This document shows, in pieces, positions 1-11,150 of a stretch of DNA of 64,000 nucleotides (positions within the stretch are counted from its first letter, which is position 1; every line of letters begins with the position of its first letter). Both the position numbers and the translations under genes were made by a program. The notes below the pieces were generated by a model. It was not told the origin of the DNA. It made no database searches and saw only the letters and a program-made list of their open reading frames with translations. Origin of the DNA: a bacterium. Its GTDB lineage: Bacteria > SAR324 > XYD2-FULL-50-16. The stretch is taken from positions 28,375 through 92,374 of the forward strand of contig JAVVEA010000014.1 of assembly GCA_032250835.1 (NCBI GenBank). The letters run 5' to 3'.

Positions 1-8
1 TGATCACC

Positions 9-842
9 TTGGTGGAACGCCGCAAAAGCCGTCGGGGCTTTTATCCCTTTTTGGAGCAAGAGAGCCAGCCCAAACTGGTTAAAGAAACCAGTCCAACCGA
101 GGCCCACCGGGGCCGGATTATGGTGGTTGATGATGAAGTGATCAGCCTGCAAGCGCAGTTGAACCTCTTACAGAACCAGGGTTTTGACGTGATCGCCCTG
201 CAGGATGGGTTTGAGGCCCTAAAGGAACTAGAAAAGGGGTTGCCCGCCTTGATCTTGGTGGATTTAATGATGCCGCGCATGAGCGGTTTGGAGTTGTGTC
301 AGCGGATACGCGAGCTATGGGAGCCCGACGAACTGCCGATCATTGTGGTGACCGCTAAAACCCAGGTGCAGGTCAAGGCCGAGGTCTTTGAGGCCGGCGC
401 CAACGACTATTTAAGCAAACCCTTCGACCCCGTGGAGCTTGTTGCGCGGGTGGATAACCAAATCCGGCTTTGCAATTTAAAGGGGCTGCAAAAGGAATTA
501 GAACAACTGCGTTCGGGCAGCAGCGAACCATTTGACGGCCTCTTGGTGCGGTTGATGGTGCGGGCATTAAATATCTGGGAACTCACCACCGGCCTGGGCA
601 AGGTCGAACTGGCCGAACAGAGCGGGATTTGGAATGTTTACCTAGACGGCTCTACCTATAAAACCCGCACCCTAGACCGCTACCTCTCCACCGCCAAGCT
701 ACCCAAACGCCCCCGCTGGCGCGACGTCTTAGCCACCGCCGAGTTTGTCGCTCTCCAGCCCAATCTCTCACCGGGCCAGCGCGAAGAGCTATCCCAGCTG
801 AAGGCCCAAATCGAAAAACTGGTTTTTAATCAGGTTTCGTGA
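9..842 (+). CDS. C-terminal part of a probable hybrid sensor/response regulator: REC domain plus ChiS-like C-terminal DNA-binding domain (probably truncated by the window edge)
   Basis: REC motifs IMVVDDE, DLMMPRMSG, VTA, YLSKPF. The C-terminus W-ELTTGLGKVELAEQSGIWNVY...TRTLDRYL...LPKRPRW..V..TA.FV resembles the Vibrio ChiS DNA-binding domain. The frame is open to the window start. Confidence 0.75.
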   Translation: MVERRKSRRGFYPFLEQESQPKLVKETSPTEAHRGRIMVVDDEVISLQAQLNLLQNQGFDVIALQDGFEALKELEKGLPALILVDLMMPRMSGLELCQRIRELWEPDELPIIVVTAKTQVQVKAEVFEAGANDYLSKPFDPVELVARVDNQIRLCNLKGLQKELEQLRSGSSEPFDGLLVRLMVRALNIWELTTGLGKVELAEQSGIWNVYLDGSTYKTRTLDRYLSTAKLPKRPRWRDVLATAEFVALQPNLSPGQREELSQLKAQIEKLVFNQVS

Positions 843-1079
843 AAGAGGCGTGCAATTAAGTAAATGCGCGGCTCCAGGAGGGCTCTGGGTATTTATTGGG
901 CAAGTTTTTATAGGCGACCAGCTTACCGACAGGTTTTGGTTGAAACTTGGGGTCGGCGCTTTTTTGGAGTTTGGGGTATACTGGCGGCCCTCGGAACCGA
1001 TCCCTGATCACCTGGACTTTGCATTAGGCACAAAGCCCTGGCACCAGAAAATAGTTGAGCAGGCCTTTAGAGGTAGGCC

Positions 1080-2135
1080 CTATTTCTGGAAGGTTCCGTG
1101 GTCAATCATCTGCTGGAAAAACTCCACTAGAAATTCTTCGGGCTCGCGGTAGGTGAGGCCCAACTCAGTTTTGCTTTTGGTATGGTCTACCTTCCAGGGG
1201 TAGCCAACGTTGCGCCGCACCATTTTGCGCGGCATGCCCACTAGGGGCCCCACCAGCCATACCAACCACTTGGGCAGCTGTTTTTGGGGGAAGGGATAGG
1301 CGTCGCCATAGTGGCTCCGTAGGACTTGGGCCATCTGCAAGACCGTGAGGCTTTTGGCCGAAACAATATGCCGCCCTTGGGCCTTAGGTGTGAATCCCGC
1401 TAAATAGTGGGCCTGGGCCACGTCGCGCACGTCCACCAGACCAATATCCAAGTCGGGCACCCCGGACTTCATGGTCCCGTCGCCCAACTGGCGGAAGATG
1501 TGGAAGCTTTCGGAAGTGCCCCTGGGGTTGATTCCCGGCCCTAAGACCAGCGTGGGATTGATCACCACTAAATCCCACCGGTTTTGGGCTCGGTTGAGGT
1601 GCCAGGCCTCCTTTTCGGCCAAGGTTTTCGAAAAACTATAGGGCTGGTGGGTCAAGCTAGAGGTGCTATTCCAGTGTTCCTCGGTGGCGGTGCCATTGGG
1701 TAAAGAAAGCAGGTCAACCGTATCGCCCAAAACGGCGGCGCAGCTGCTGGTCAAGACCACCCGCTTGACCGTCGGGGTCCGCTCGACGGACCCTAAAACG
1801 TTGCGGGTGCCCAACAGGGCCGGGTCGATCAGGTCCTTTTGGGCATCTTTGAATTGCAGGGAAAAGGGCGAGGCCGTATGGAAGACCAGTTCGCAGCCTT
1901 TCATGGCCTCATCATAGCTACCTCCGTCTAGTAGATCGGCCTCAAAGAAGCGGATCTGGCCCGGCAGTTCTTCGGCTAGTTGGCGCAGAAAGCGGGTTTT
2001 GTCCAGGTTGTTTGGGTCGCGGACCGGGGCGTGGACCGTTAAGCCCGCTTCAAGCAACCGGTTGACCAAACGACCGGCAACGTAGCCCGTTGCCCCGGTG
2101 ACTAGTACCGGCATTTTTTTGTTGATTTGGGTCAT
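1080..2135 (-). CDS. NAD(P)-dependent aldehyde reductase / dihydroflavonol-reductase-like extended SDR
   Basis: VTGATGYVA Rossmann motif, FHTASP, VLTSS, YSFSK catalytic YxxxK. Confidence 0.9.
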   Translation of the reverse strand: MTQINKKMPVLVTGATGYVAGRLVNRLLEAGLTVHAPVRDPNNLDKTRFLRQLAEELPGQIRFFEADLLDGGSYDEAMKGCELVFHTASPFSLQFKDAQKDLIDPALLGTRNVLGSVERTPTVKRVVLTSSCAAVLGDTVDLLSLPNGTATEEHWNSTSSLTHQPYSFSKTLAEKEAWHLNRAQNRWDLVVINPTLVLGPGINPRGTSESFHIFRQLGDGTMKSGVPDLDIGLVDVRDVAQAHYLAGFTPKAQGRHIVSAKSLTVLQMAQVLRSHYGDAYPFPQKQLPKWLVWLVGPLVGMPRKMVRRNVGYPWKVDHTKSKTELGLTYREPEEFLVEFFQQMIDHGTFQK

Positions 2136-2393
2136 CGTCTGTCCTGCGGTTGGTGGGATTTTAAAGTAGGTATGCCAAGCCGTAATTTGTGCGCATCCTA
2201 ATAGGGTCTAGTATAAACTATTTGGGGCCAGCGTATACAGACATTTAGTCCCCATTTTTCAAAGAGATGTTTGGGTTTGGGGCGGGGCGTCGGTTTACCC
2301 CGGCTCGGCGGGGATTGGATTGGAGATTTATTTTTTTAACTCTTCTGTTAAGCTGGTGCCGTCCCCCTGAAAATTACGCTTTGGAGACTTCTT

Positions 2394-3965
2394 TTGTCCA
2401 ACCCAGAACAGCTGGATTATGATTTTGTGGTCATCGGCAGCGGCTTCGGCGGCTCTGTCTCGGCGTTGCGGCTCGCCGAAAAGGGGCACCGCGTCTTGGT
2501 CTTGGAGCAAGGCAAGGCCTTAGGCGCTAAGGACATGCCCAAGACCAACTGGAACCTACGGCGCTGGCTGTGGCTGCCGGGTCTTAAGTTTTTTGGGCTC
2601 TTTAAGATGACTTTTTTTAAGCATGTGACGGTGATTTCGGGTGTCGGCGTCGGTGGGGGGTCTTTGGTCTACGCCAACACGCTGCCGGTGCCTAAGTCGG
2701 TTTTTTTTAAGGCCGCCTCCTGGGCGCATTTGGCGGACTGGGAAGCGGAACTTAAGCCCTATTACACCACGGCCTTGAAGATGCTGGGGGCCACCGAGAA
2801 TCCCAAATTGCAGGTCGGCGACTTGGCCCTAAAAGAGCTGGGCCGCCGCCTGGGCCGCGAAGAGTACTTTGAGCCCACCCAGGTGGCGGTCTTTTTTGGT
2901 AAGCCTGAGGTTACCGTCGAGGACCCCTATTTTGGCGGTGAAGGGATCGAGCGGGCAGGCTGCCGGTTTTGTGGCTCTTGCATGACCGGCTGCCCCCATA
3001 ACGCCAAAAACACGCTGGATAAAAACTACCTGCACTTTGCCCAAAAGCGCGGAGCGCGGGTCCAGGCCGAATCCGAAGTGGTCGATGTGACGCCTTTGGA
3101 CGGGGCCGAGGGGGCCAGCGGGTATTTGGTCAAATGGCGGCGCAGCACAAGCTTCTGGGGGCCTTCGGGCGAGGTCCGCGCCGGGGCGGTGGTTTTCTCG
3201 GGCGGCGTTTTGGGGACCTTGAAACTGTTGCTTAAATTAAAAACCAGCAGCCTACCGCAGCTTTCGGACCGCTTGGGATACGGGGTGCGCACCAATTCAG
3301 AAAGCCTGACCTTCAGCACCACCTATGACGCAGGCCAAGACTTTTCCGAGGGCATTGCCATCGGCGCGCTGCTCGAAACGGATGAAAACAGCCATTTGGA
3401 GATTGTGCGCTACGGCGCGGGCTCCGGATTTTGGCGGCTGCTGTCTGGGCCGATGGTGCAGGGAGGCAATCTGGGGGTTCGCTTGTGGAAATTGCTGTGG
3501 GACATGGTCCGCCACCCGGTCTTGAATTTTAGGGCCCTGAGTGTCAAAGACTGGGCCCGCTCGACCCATGTTTTGCTCTTCATGCAAAGCCTAGACAGCC
3601 GCCTGCGCTTCAAGCGCGGCCTCTTTGGCGGGTTGTCTTCGAGCATGGAACAAGGAGCGCCCCCCACCGCCTTGATGCCTGAGGCCGCCGCTTTGGCCCA
3701 AGAATACGCCGAGCTGACCAACGCCAAACCCATGGCCTTGGTCCTAGAAAGCCTCCTAGGCATCCCCAGCACCGCCCATATCTTGGGCGGAGCCTGCATG
3801 GGGCGAGATGCGACAGAAGGAGTGATCGATCAAAACAACCGCGTCTTCGGCTACCAAAACCTCTGGATCTGCGACGGCTCCATGATCTCCGCCAACATCG
3901 GCGTCAACCCCAGCCTAACGATCACCGCCCTAACCGAACGGGCGATGGATAAGATTCCACCCTAA
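2394..3965 (+). CDS. GMC-family FAD oxidoreductase, cholesterol oxidase (ChoD-like)
   Basis: VIGSGFGG FAD motif, GVGVGGGSLVYA, CRFCGSCMTGCPHNAKNTLDKNYL, TAHILGG, GVNPSLTITAL. Confidence 0.88.
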   Translation: MSNPEQLDYDFVVIGSGFGGSVSALRLAEKGHRVLVLEQGKALGAKDMPKTNWNLRRWLWLPGLKFFGLFKMTFFKHVTVISGVGVGGGSLVYANTLPVPKSVFFKAASWAHLADWEAELKPYYTTALKMLGATENPKLQVGDLALKELGRRLGREEYFEPTQVAVFFGKPEVTVEDPYFGGEGIERAGCRFCGSCMTGCPHNAKNTLDKNYLHFAQKRGARVQAESEVVDVTPLDGAEGASGYLVKWRRSTSFWGPSGEVRAGAVVFSGGVLGTLKLLLKLKTSSLPQLSDRLGYGVRTNSESLTFSTTYDAGQDFSEGIAIGALLETDENSHLEIVRYGAGSGFWRLLSGPMVQGGNLGVRLWKLLWDMVRHPVLNFRALSVKDWARSTHVLLFMQSLDSRLRFKRGLFGGLSSSMEQGAPPTALMPEAAALAQEYAELTNAKPMALVLESLLGIPSTAHILGGACMGRDATEGVIDQNNRVFGYQNLWICDGSMISANIGVNPSLTITALTERAMDKIPP

Positions 3966-4061
3966 AACCGGCAAAGAACCTTGGACAAAGCAGGGCCCTT
4001 TGAGTTCAGCTAAGGGTTCAGCGAAGTTTTCCGCCATTGTTTTACCTCTTGTTCAGCCGCT

Positions 4062-4751
4062 ATGTCCCTGCCGATCCGCCGTAAATTCCAGCCCAAAGGC
4101 ATCACCATACTTTATGACGACGCCGATATTTTGGTGATCGATAAGTCGGCCGGTTTGTTGACCATCGGGACCGATAAGGAGCGTTTTAGGACCGCCTATG
4201 CCCTGATGACCGACTATGTCAAAAAGGGGACCGCTAAGTCCAAGGCCCGGTTGTGGATTGTCCACCGTCTGGATCAGGACACTTCGGGGGTCTTGGTGTT
4301 GGCTAAGTCCGAGTCGGTTAAGCTTCAGCTGCAAAATAACTGGGACCAAGTAACCAAAAAATATCTGGCCATTGCCCACGGAAAGTTTGTTTCCCAAAGT
4401 GGCGAATTCCGCAGCTACTTGACCGAAAACCAATATTTCAAAGTCTTCTCAACCAACGACACCAGCCTGGGCAAACTGGCGGTCACTAAGTTTGTGGTTA
4501 AAGAGGAGCACGAAGGGTTGAGTTTGTTGGAGCTTGAGTTGGTCACCGGCCGCAAACACCAGATCCGTGCCCACCTGGCCGAGTCGGGCCACCCGATCTA
4601 CGGCGATACGCGTTACGGTCAGCCTGACCCGGCGGCCAAGCGTATGGCTCTACATGCCCAGTCGATCACCTTGATACATCCTAGAACCAAAGAATCCATG
4701 ACCTTCGAAGCCAAGACGCCGGGCATCTTCCAGCACCTTATGGGCCGCTGA
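4062..4751 (+). CDS. RluA/RluD-family RNA pseudouridine synthase
   Basis: DKSAGL, HRLDQDTSG catalytic Asp motif, TGRKHQIRAHL, PIYGDTRY, LHA. Confidence 0.93.
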   Translation: MSLPIRRKFQPKGITILYDDADILVIDKSAGLLTIGTDKERFRTAYALMTDYVKKGTAKSKARLWIVHRLDQDTSGVLVLAKSESVKLQLQNNWDQVTKKYLAIAHGKFVSQSGEFRSYLTENQYFKVFSTNDTSLGKLAVTKFVVKEEHEGLSLLELELVTGRKHQIRAHLAESGHPIYGDTRYGQPDPAAKRMALHAQSITLIHPRTKESMTFEAKTPGIFQHLMGR

Positions 4752-5020
4752 ATCCAAGCCCCCCAACAGATTTTGACTAAGTTTCATCGGCGTTATCCAT
4801 CGGGCCCTGTTGACCAAGGATCGAGCAAACTAACTACCCGTTGCCAAGTCCCTAGATTACTGACAGTTTACAGGGTAGGTCGAATGGAACAGAGCTTAAT
4901 TCGGGGGAAGCCTGTTTTGCTGGTTTAGGCAAGCGATTGCCCAATGAATGCAACAGGACGGATTAAAGATGTTCAAGGTTATAACAAGGGTCCGGCCGGC
5001 GGCTGTCGGAGGGGGACACC

Positions 5021-7384
5021 TTGTTTGATGGGCTAAAAACTGGATTGCCACCTTTGAGGCTATGGGGCCGGACCTTCTCCTGCTGGGTTTGGGTGTTTTT
5101 TTGGGTTTCGCTGGTGCCGCTGCAGGCGCTGCCTGAAACCCCCCGGCTGGATTTGGACAGCGGCTGGGAATACCGCTGGGGCGACTCGCCCTTTAAAGAG
5201 GGACGACCGCTCTGGACCCAAAATCCAGACCCCCAAGCCTGGACCCCCATAGATTTTCCTTCCAACCCGCTACAGCGCGACGGACGCACCAACGTCTGGT
5301 ACCGCATCCTGCTGCCCGAGCGGCCCGATCTGGGCAGTTCGCTCTTTGTGCTCAGCATTGACTTGATCGCCGAGGTCTATTTTGAAGACCAAAAGATTTA
5401 TGAGTACGGAACCTTTGCCGCCGACGGAACGGGCAAATTCGAAGGTTGGCCCTGGCACCTGATCCCCCTGCCGCGCCACTATCCCGGCCACTACCTATAC
5501 TTTCGGGTCTATTCGGATTACCCGGATATTGGTCTTTGGGGGGAGGTGACTCTGGGTAATGAAGGCGGCCATATCCAGAAAATCATCCAAAACGATCTGG
5601 CCAGTGCTTCGGTGGGCCTATTCTTTATCTTTTTTGGGCTGTTGTTGCTGGGGTTAGCGCTCTACCGCTTGAGCGGCGGCGTGTTTTTGATGGGCCTCTT
5701 CCTAGTGGATTTGGGCGTCATGCCCATCCACGGAACGCACCTCAAGCAGCTGATTTATTTTGATCCCCTCGGCTGGCAGTATGTGGGCGCGCTCAGCTAC
5801 TTCTTTTTGCCCGTCGCCATGGCGGCTTTGGTGCAGGTCCTGACCGGTGCCGGGAAATGGAAGTTACACGCTCGGGTTTGGCAGCTGCATCTGGCCTTTT
5901 TAGGCTATGCCCTGATCTTTTCCTGGGCCGGATGGGTTAATTTATCCAGTACCTACATCCATTTTGACCTGCTCGCGACGGCCACGTTGTTAGCCTTGAC
6001 CCTGTCGCTGCATCTGCGCGCCCGCATGGGCAGCTTCAACCAAAAGCTGTTGGCCCTGGGCTTTTGGGTGATGTATTTGATCCTGCTTTATAATGGCTTG
6101 GTCGCCCATGACCTACTGCCCTTTACGCCCAGTTCGGAATATGTGGGGCCTATCTTCCTGGCCTTTTGTTTTGGGCTGATTATGCTTCGTGATTACAACT
6201 CGCTGCGTCAGGGGCTTAAGGCCCGCACCCGCCAGCTAGAAGACCTCAATCAAAATCTGGAACTAAAGGTCAGCGAACGTACCGAAGCGCTGCAGCGCAG
6301 CAACGAAACCAAGGACAAGTTTTTTTCGATTATCGCCCATGACCTGCGCGGCCCGGTAAGCAGCCTCGCTACGCTGTTCAATCAGGTCTTTAAAACCCCG
6401 GCCGATCTCGACCAACTCACCTTTAACAGTATCGCCCAAACTACCCGCAACACCGCCGAACTGTTAGACAACCTATTGACTTGGTCCTCAAACCAAAGCG
6501 GGCAGATGGAATTCCACCCCGCCACCTTCCGCCTGTCCGAGTCGGTGGCGGAAGCTATCGAGGGGCTGGGGAGCCAAGGCGCGGTCAAGCAGATCCAGGT
6601 TGTTTTTGAGGAAATGACCGAAGATTGGGTGTTCGGCGACCGGAACATGATCGCCACGGTGGTACGCAACCTGTTGGGCAATGCCATCAAGTTTACTGCT
6701 GATGGGGGTCGGGTGGAAATTAGGCTTAGCTTTGAAGGCAACTGGGTTCAACTGTTGGTTTCTGACAATGGGGTGGGGATTGAACCGGCAACGTTAAATC
6801 AATTGTTTGTACCGGAGGTTAAGCCCGCCACGAGGCTCGGTACCCGTAAAGAAAAGGGAACCGGCTTAGGCTTATTGCTCTGCACTGAATTTGTCCGCCG
6901 CAACGGAGGGAAGCTTTGGGCCGACAGCACCCCTGGCCAAGGTAGCCAGTTTTACTTGCAACTGCCTCGGGGCAAAAGCCCAACGGCTGAAGCCCCAGGG
7001 ATATTAAAAACCCTGCCCAAAGGGTTCCAGAGGTTTTTGCTGGTGGAAGATAACGGGCTGCACCAACGCGCGGTCACGCATTTGATGCAAGAGCTACAAG
7101 GGCAAGTCTGGGTGGTCTCTAACGGTACCGAAGCCCTGGCCCGGGTCTCTAAACAGGTGGTCGACTTGGTCTTGATGGACATCGACCTACCGGGTATGAA
7201 CGGCATCGAGACGACCAAGCAACTACGCGCACTCTACCCGCACCTTCGGGTGGTGGCGCTTTCGAGTTATAGCCGCCAGGAAATCTTAGAGATCAGCCCC
7301 GTCGATCCCTTTGACGGCTACCTAGGCAAGCCCTTGGAGAGCGGTCCTTTCTTACGTTTGCTCGCCGACCTTGCGGCCCCTTAG
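5021..7384 (+). CDS. Multi-TM hybrid sensor histidine kinase (periplasmic domain, about 7 TM, HisKA, HATPase, REC)
   Basis: H-box IIAHDLRGP, N-box NLLGNAIKF, DNGVG, GTGLGL, REC LLVEDN/DIDLP. Start codon uncertain. Confidence 0.9.
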   Translation: MFDGLKTGLPPLRLWGRTFSCWVWVFFWVSLVPLQALPETPRLDLDSGWEYRWGDSPFKEGRPLWTQNPDPQAWTPIDFPSNPLQRDGRTNVWYRILLPERPDLGSSLFVLSIDLIAEVYFEDQKIYEYGTFAADGTGKFEGWPWHLIPLPRHYPGHYLYFRVYSDYPDIGLWGEVTLGNEGGHIQKIIQNDLASASVGLFFIFFGLLLLGLALYRLSGGVFLMGLFLVDLGVMPIHGTHLKQLIYFDPLGWQYVGALSYFFLPVAMAALVQVLTGAGKWKLHARVWQLHLAFLGYALIFSWAGWVNLSSTYIHFDLLATATLLALTLSLHLRARMGSFNQKLLALGFWVMYLILLYNGLVAHDLLPFTPSSEYVGPIFLAFCFGLIMLRDYNSLRQGLKARTRQLEDLNQNLELKVSERTEALQRSNETKDKFFSIIAHDLRGPVSSLATLFNQVFKTPADLDQLTFNSIAQTTRNTAELLDNLLTWSSNQSGQMEFHPATFRLSESVAEAIEGLGSQGAVKQIQVVFEEMTEDWVFGDRNMIATVVRNLLGNAIKFTADGGRVEIRLSFEGNWVQLLVSDNGVGIEPATLNQLFVPEVKPATRLGTRKEKGTGLGLLLCTEFVRRNGGKLWADSTPGQGSQFYLQLPRGKSPTAEAPGILKTLPKGFQRFLLVEDNGLHQRAVTHLMQELQGQVWVVSNGTEALARVSKQVVDLVLMDIDLPGMNGIETTKQLRALYPHLRVVALSSYSRQEILEISPVDPFDGYLGKPLESGPFLRLLADLAAP

Positions 7385-10101
7385 CCGGTATTTTTTAAGC
7401 CCGAAGCGATGGCGTTGACGGTGATCAAAAGGTCTTCAAGCAGCGACTCCTCTTCGGGCTTTTCGCGCCATAAAGCAAGCAGTTCGATTTGCTGTAGGTG
7501 CAACTGCCGCAACCCGTCACTTCGGATTTCCATGGACCAACGGAAGCGTTGTAGCGAATCGGAAACGATGCCTTGATAGAGTTCGTTGAGGCCCGTCAAG
7601 GTTCGCTCGTATTCGGCTAAAATTTTGCCTAGCTGGGCTTGGCGCAGTTCGGGATTGCTCACCAATTGCGCATAGAGACCCATGACCTCGGGGTCCGCTA
7701 GGGTCAAAGCGCGGCGGATGTTTTGCAATAGGTAGTCTAATCCCCGCTGGTTGACGCTGGCCTTGAGCCGTTCCCAGTCTTCAGGATTCTGCGTTTTGAG
7801 GGCCTCGAAAGCGGAGCCTACCCCATACCAAGAAGGCAAAAGAAAACGGGATTGGTTCCAGGCAAAAACCCAGGGGATGGCCCGTAAGTCTTGTATGCTG
7901 GCCTTGCCGGTGCGCCGGGCCGGGCGCGAGCCGATCCTAGAATGTTCCAGCAGGTCGATGGGGGTTGCTTGGCGGAAGAATTCAAAAAAACCGGGGTCCT
8001 TAACCAAGGCTTCGTAGGCCTCCCCAGAGTCCCGGGCCATTTTTTCCATCACCGACTCCACCAATCCCAAATCTGGTGCCGAGCTGGCGTTGGCAAAGCC
8101 CTGGAAACTAACGCCCGCCATCAGGAGTTCTAGGTTGTAGAGCGCGGTGGTCCGGTAGCCGTATTTCTGGTTGATTGACTCCCCCTGTTCGGTCATGCGG
8201 AAGCTGCCCTTTAGGCTACTCGGCGGGAGGGCTTCTAAGAAGCTTTTGGTCGGGCCTGCTCCCCGGCCGATGGAGCCACCTCGGCCATGGAAGAAGCGGA
8301 TCATGACGTCCCGCTGGTCACCGATCAAGGCCATTTCTTGCTGTGCCTTATAGAGGTTCCATTGGCTGGCCAAGATGCCGCCGTCTTTATTGGAGTCCGA
8401 ATAACCCACCATCACCTGCTGCACCTTGCGGCTGCGGCGTTTGTCTTGTTGGATTAGGGTCAAGCTGGCTTGGGTTAAGGGGTGGTCCAAGAAGGCCGAC
8501 AGAATCGCCCCGCCGCCTTGTAAATCCTCGATGGTTTCCAGCAAAGGCACCACCGTCAGGGGACAGGCCAACCCTTCGTCAGTACGCACCAACAACCCCG
8601 CCTCGCGGGCCAGCAAATAGACCGATAGCAGGTCCGAGAGGCTTCGGGTCATCGAAACAATATAGGCCCCAAAGGCGTTGATGCCATATTTACGGTTGTA
8701 GTCGGCGATCACCCCAAAGGTGGCGCGGAGGTTGTCGGCTTCCTTACCGGCAGACTGTTCGGGCCGCAAAAAGGGGCGTAGACTGGTTAGTTCTTGGTTT
8801 AAAAAATCTAACCGCCGCGCCTCGACCCACTCGGCGAATTGGTCCCCCTCGGGGACGCCTGCCTGGGAAAGGATTTGGGCGATGCCTTGGTCGTGGTAGT
8901 CGGAATTTTGGCGGATGTCCAAAGCCGCCAAATGAAACCCAAAGGTTTTGATCAGGCGGTAGGGGTGGCGGACTTCGGTCCGGGCGATCCCTTGAGCCCC
9001 AATCTGGCAGAGCGCATCGTAAAGCAGCTTAAGGTCCGCTAGCAGTTCCACGGAGCTGTGGTAGGCCGATGGGTGGTCTTGAAGCAGTAAGGCCCCTTCG
9101 CGTTCAATCAGCGGTAACTTAGCCATCATGAGGTTAACAAACTGCCGCCAAGGTTCTCCGGGGTTGCCGCCCATGGCGTGGGTACCGGGCAGCCCTAACT
9201 GATGGACCAACGCGCCCATGCGCTGTTCTAAAGGATCGGGGATTTTTTGCAGGCTCGCGGCCATGCCCAGTTTTCCGCCCAACGCCTTGAGTTGATCCCA
9301 AATGGAACAGAGCGCCAAACGCCGCATCTCTAACAGAGTCTTTTGGGTGAATCCGTCGGTCACTAGCGGATGCCCGTCCCGGTCGCCACCGACCCAGTTG
9401 CCGAAACTCAGCCGGGGGTAACGGGCGAGGTCGTCGATCCAGTCTTCGTCTCCACCGGCCTGGCTCCAGGCCCAGACCAGACGTTGGTCGAGCATCTGGA
9501 GGACTTCAGGGAAGATGCGGGTGAGGTAAAAGAGGATGTTGTGGAACTCCTTTTCTAGCGTAGGCTTTTGGGCGTATAGCTCGCCAGTGCGCCAGATCCG
9601 CTCGATCACCGAAAGTAGGCGCAGGTGCAAGTCCCGCTTTTCTGCTTGACTGCGCAGGGGGTTTTCAAGTTCCTTTAAATCCCGAAAGAGGTCGCGGTGG
9701 AATTCGAGGATGGTGATCCGCTTGGCCTCGGTGGGGTGCGCGGTCAACACGGGTTCCACATGGATTTCGCCCCATAGGGGGCGTAGCTGTTTGAGGTCGA
9801 TCCCCCGTTCCCCTAGGCGATAAAAGACATCGGCCCAAAGCCCCGGGATGCGCTCGCTTTCGTTTTCGCGCTGGCGGCGTAGGCGGGCGTAGTAGTTTTC
9901 TTCGGCAATGGTGAAGAGTTGGAAACTGACCGAATAAAACTGGGCCTTCTGGTAAGCCGAAACCTTACGCTTGGGCGCTTCACCTAGACGCCAAGGAAGC
10001 AATTCGGCCAATTCGGGCTCGCCGATTTGCTCCAGCATTTCTTTAAAGAATTTAGTCAGTTGTTCAACTTCTTGGCGCAATAGTGCCAGTTGCTCGATCA
10101 T
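7381..10101 (-). CDS. ppc: Phosphoenolpyruvate carboxylase
   Basis: VLTAHPTE, WVGGDRDG, QVMVGYSDSNKDGG, FHGRGGSIGRG, LRAIPWVFAW, C-terminal KNTG. The ORF extends to 10179; ATG at 10101 is the more plausible start. Confidence 0.97.
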   Translation of the reverse strand: MIEQLALLRQEVEQLTKFFKEMLEQIGEPELAELLPWRLGEAPKRKVSAYQKAQFYSVSFQLFTIAEENYYARLRRQRENESERIPGLWADVFYRLGERGIDLKQLRPLWGEIHVEPVLTAHPTEAKRITILEFHRDLFRDLKELENPLRSQAEKRDLHLRLLSVIERIWRTGELYAQKPTLEKEFHNILFYLTRIFPEVLQMLDQRLVWAWSQAGGDEDWIDDLARYPRLSFGNWVGGDRDGHPLVTDGFTQKTLLEMRRLALCSIWDQLKALGGKLGMAASLQKIPDPLEQRMGALVHQLGLPGTHAMGGNPGEPWRQFVNLMMAKLPLIEREGALLLQDHPSAYHSSVELLADLKLLYDALCQIGAQGIARTEVRHPYRLIKTFGFHLAALDIRQNSDYHDQGIAQILSQAGVPEGDQFAEWVEARRLDFLNQELTSLRPFLRPEQSAGKEADNLRATFGVIADYNRKYGINAFGAYIVSMTRSLSDLLSVYLLAREAGLLVRTDEGLACPLTVVPLLETIEDLQGGGAILSAFLDHPLTQASLTLIQQDKRRSRKVQQVMVGYSDSNKDGGILASQWNLYKAQQEMALIGDQRDVMIRFFHGRGGSIGRGAGPTKSFLEALPPSSLKGSFRMTEQGESINQKYGYRTTALYNLELLMAGVSFQGFANASSAPDLGLVESVMEKMARDSGEAYEALVKDPGFFEFFRQATPIDLLEHSRIGSRPARRTGKASIQDLRAIPWVFAWNQSRFLLPSWYGVGSAFEALKTQNPEDWERLKASVNQRGLDYLLQNIRRALTLADPEVMGLYAQLVSNPELRQAQLGKILAEYERTLTGLNELYQGIVSDSLQRFRWSMEIRSDGLRQLHLQQIELLALWREKPEEESLLEDLLITVNAIASGLKNTG

Positions 10102-10498
10102 GACATCAGCGGGGGGTCGGGTTTTAGCATCCCAACATTGGGGAAGGGGCGCTTTGGCCACAGTATCGCACAGCTTCAAAATGGGTGGTATCCCAAAGAT
10201 TGGTTAAGGAGCGGTAAAAAACCCCTATATTGGCTTACTCAGGGACCTTGGGAGGGGGCTGCTGGATTTGGGTGGATGGAAATTTAAAAAACCTCTTTTA
10301 AGGCCGACGCCCCCTTGCGCGCTCATCTTCACCCCGGCGGCTCTGTATCTATTCCAAACAGGCGTCAAGCGCCGGCACCCCAAGTCCTGGCTGCGCTGGT
10401 TGGGGGAGTCTTTGGGACCTTGGCGCTTGGTTTCTTAGCTCAGCGCTGCTAGCTTTAGGCCCAAGTAACCCAACGCGCCAACCTTAGCTTCGAATCCT

Positions 10499-10972
10499 GT
10501 GGACGATCTGGCCCCCTTTACTTTGTACATCGACGGAGACGCCTGCCCCAGGGCCGTCAAAGAAGTGATCTTTAAGGCCTGTATCAAGCGGCGCGTACCG
10601 GTCTGTTTGGTCGCCAACCGGATGGTGGAGATCCCGAAGATCCGTTGGATCGAAGCGGTGGTGGTTGAGGCTGGGCCTGATGTGGCGGACGCCTATATTG
10701 CAGAAAAGATCGGCCCCGGCGACCTGTCCGTGACCGCCGACATCCCCCTAGCGGCCCAGATTTTGGCCAAAGGGGCCATGGCCATCGACCACCGGGGCCG
10801 CGAGTTCACCCAGTCCAATATCCGCGAACGCCTCTCGATCCGCGACTTTTCGGCGGAACTGCGCGAGGCGGGCACCCAGACCGGCGGGCCCAAGGCCTTT
10901 GGCCCTAAAGAGCGCGAGGCTTTTGCCAACGCGCTAGATCGTTGCCTGACCCGCCGTTTCAACGCAAATTAA
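10499..10972 (+). CDS. YaiI/YqxD (UPF0178) family protein
   Basis: IDGDACP, GPDVAD, VTADIPLA, TGGPKAF, FANALD. Confidence 0.92.
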   Translation: MDDLAPFTLYIDGDACPRAVKEVIFKACIKRRVPVCLVANRMVEIPKIRWIEAVVVEAGPDVADAYIAEKIGPGDLSVTADIPLAAQILAKGAMAIDHRGREFTQSNIRERLSIRDFSAELREAGTQTGGPKAFGPKEREAFANALDRCLTRRFNAN

Positions 10973-11150
10973 ACCCCACCCCGAAAGGATTCTCCCTTCC
11001 TTTGGCGCTTCGGCCTCCCCTTCGGCAAGCTCACCCGCACAATAAGTTGCGCCCTTTCCTACAAACTTAAAGGGCAATCCCTGATTTCTTCGGACCGCGA
11101 CAAGGGTTAAGCTAGGCTCAAGAATAAACCCATAGTTTCTTCGAGGAGGC

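Noticed and set aside
11018-11033. CCCTTCGGCAAGCTCA REP-like fragment
   Set aside because: Single partial copy with no partner arm found in the window.
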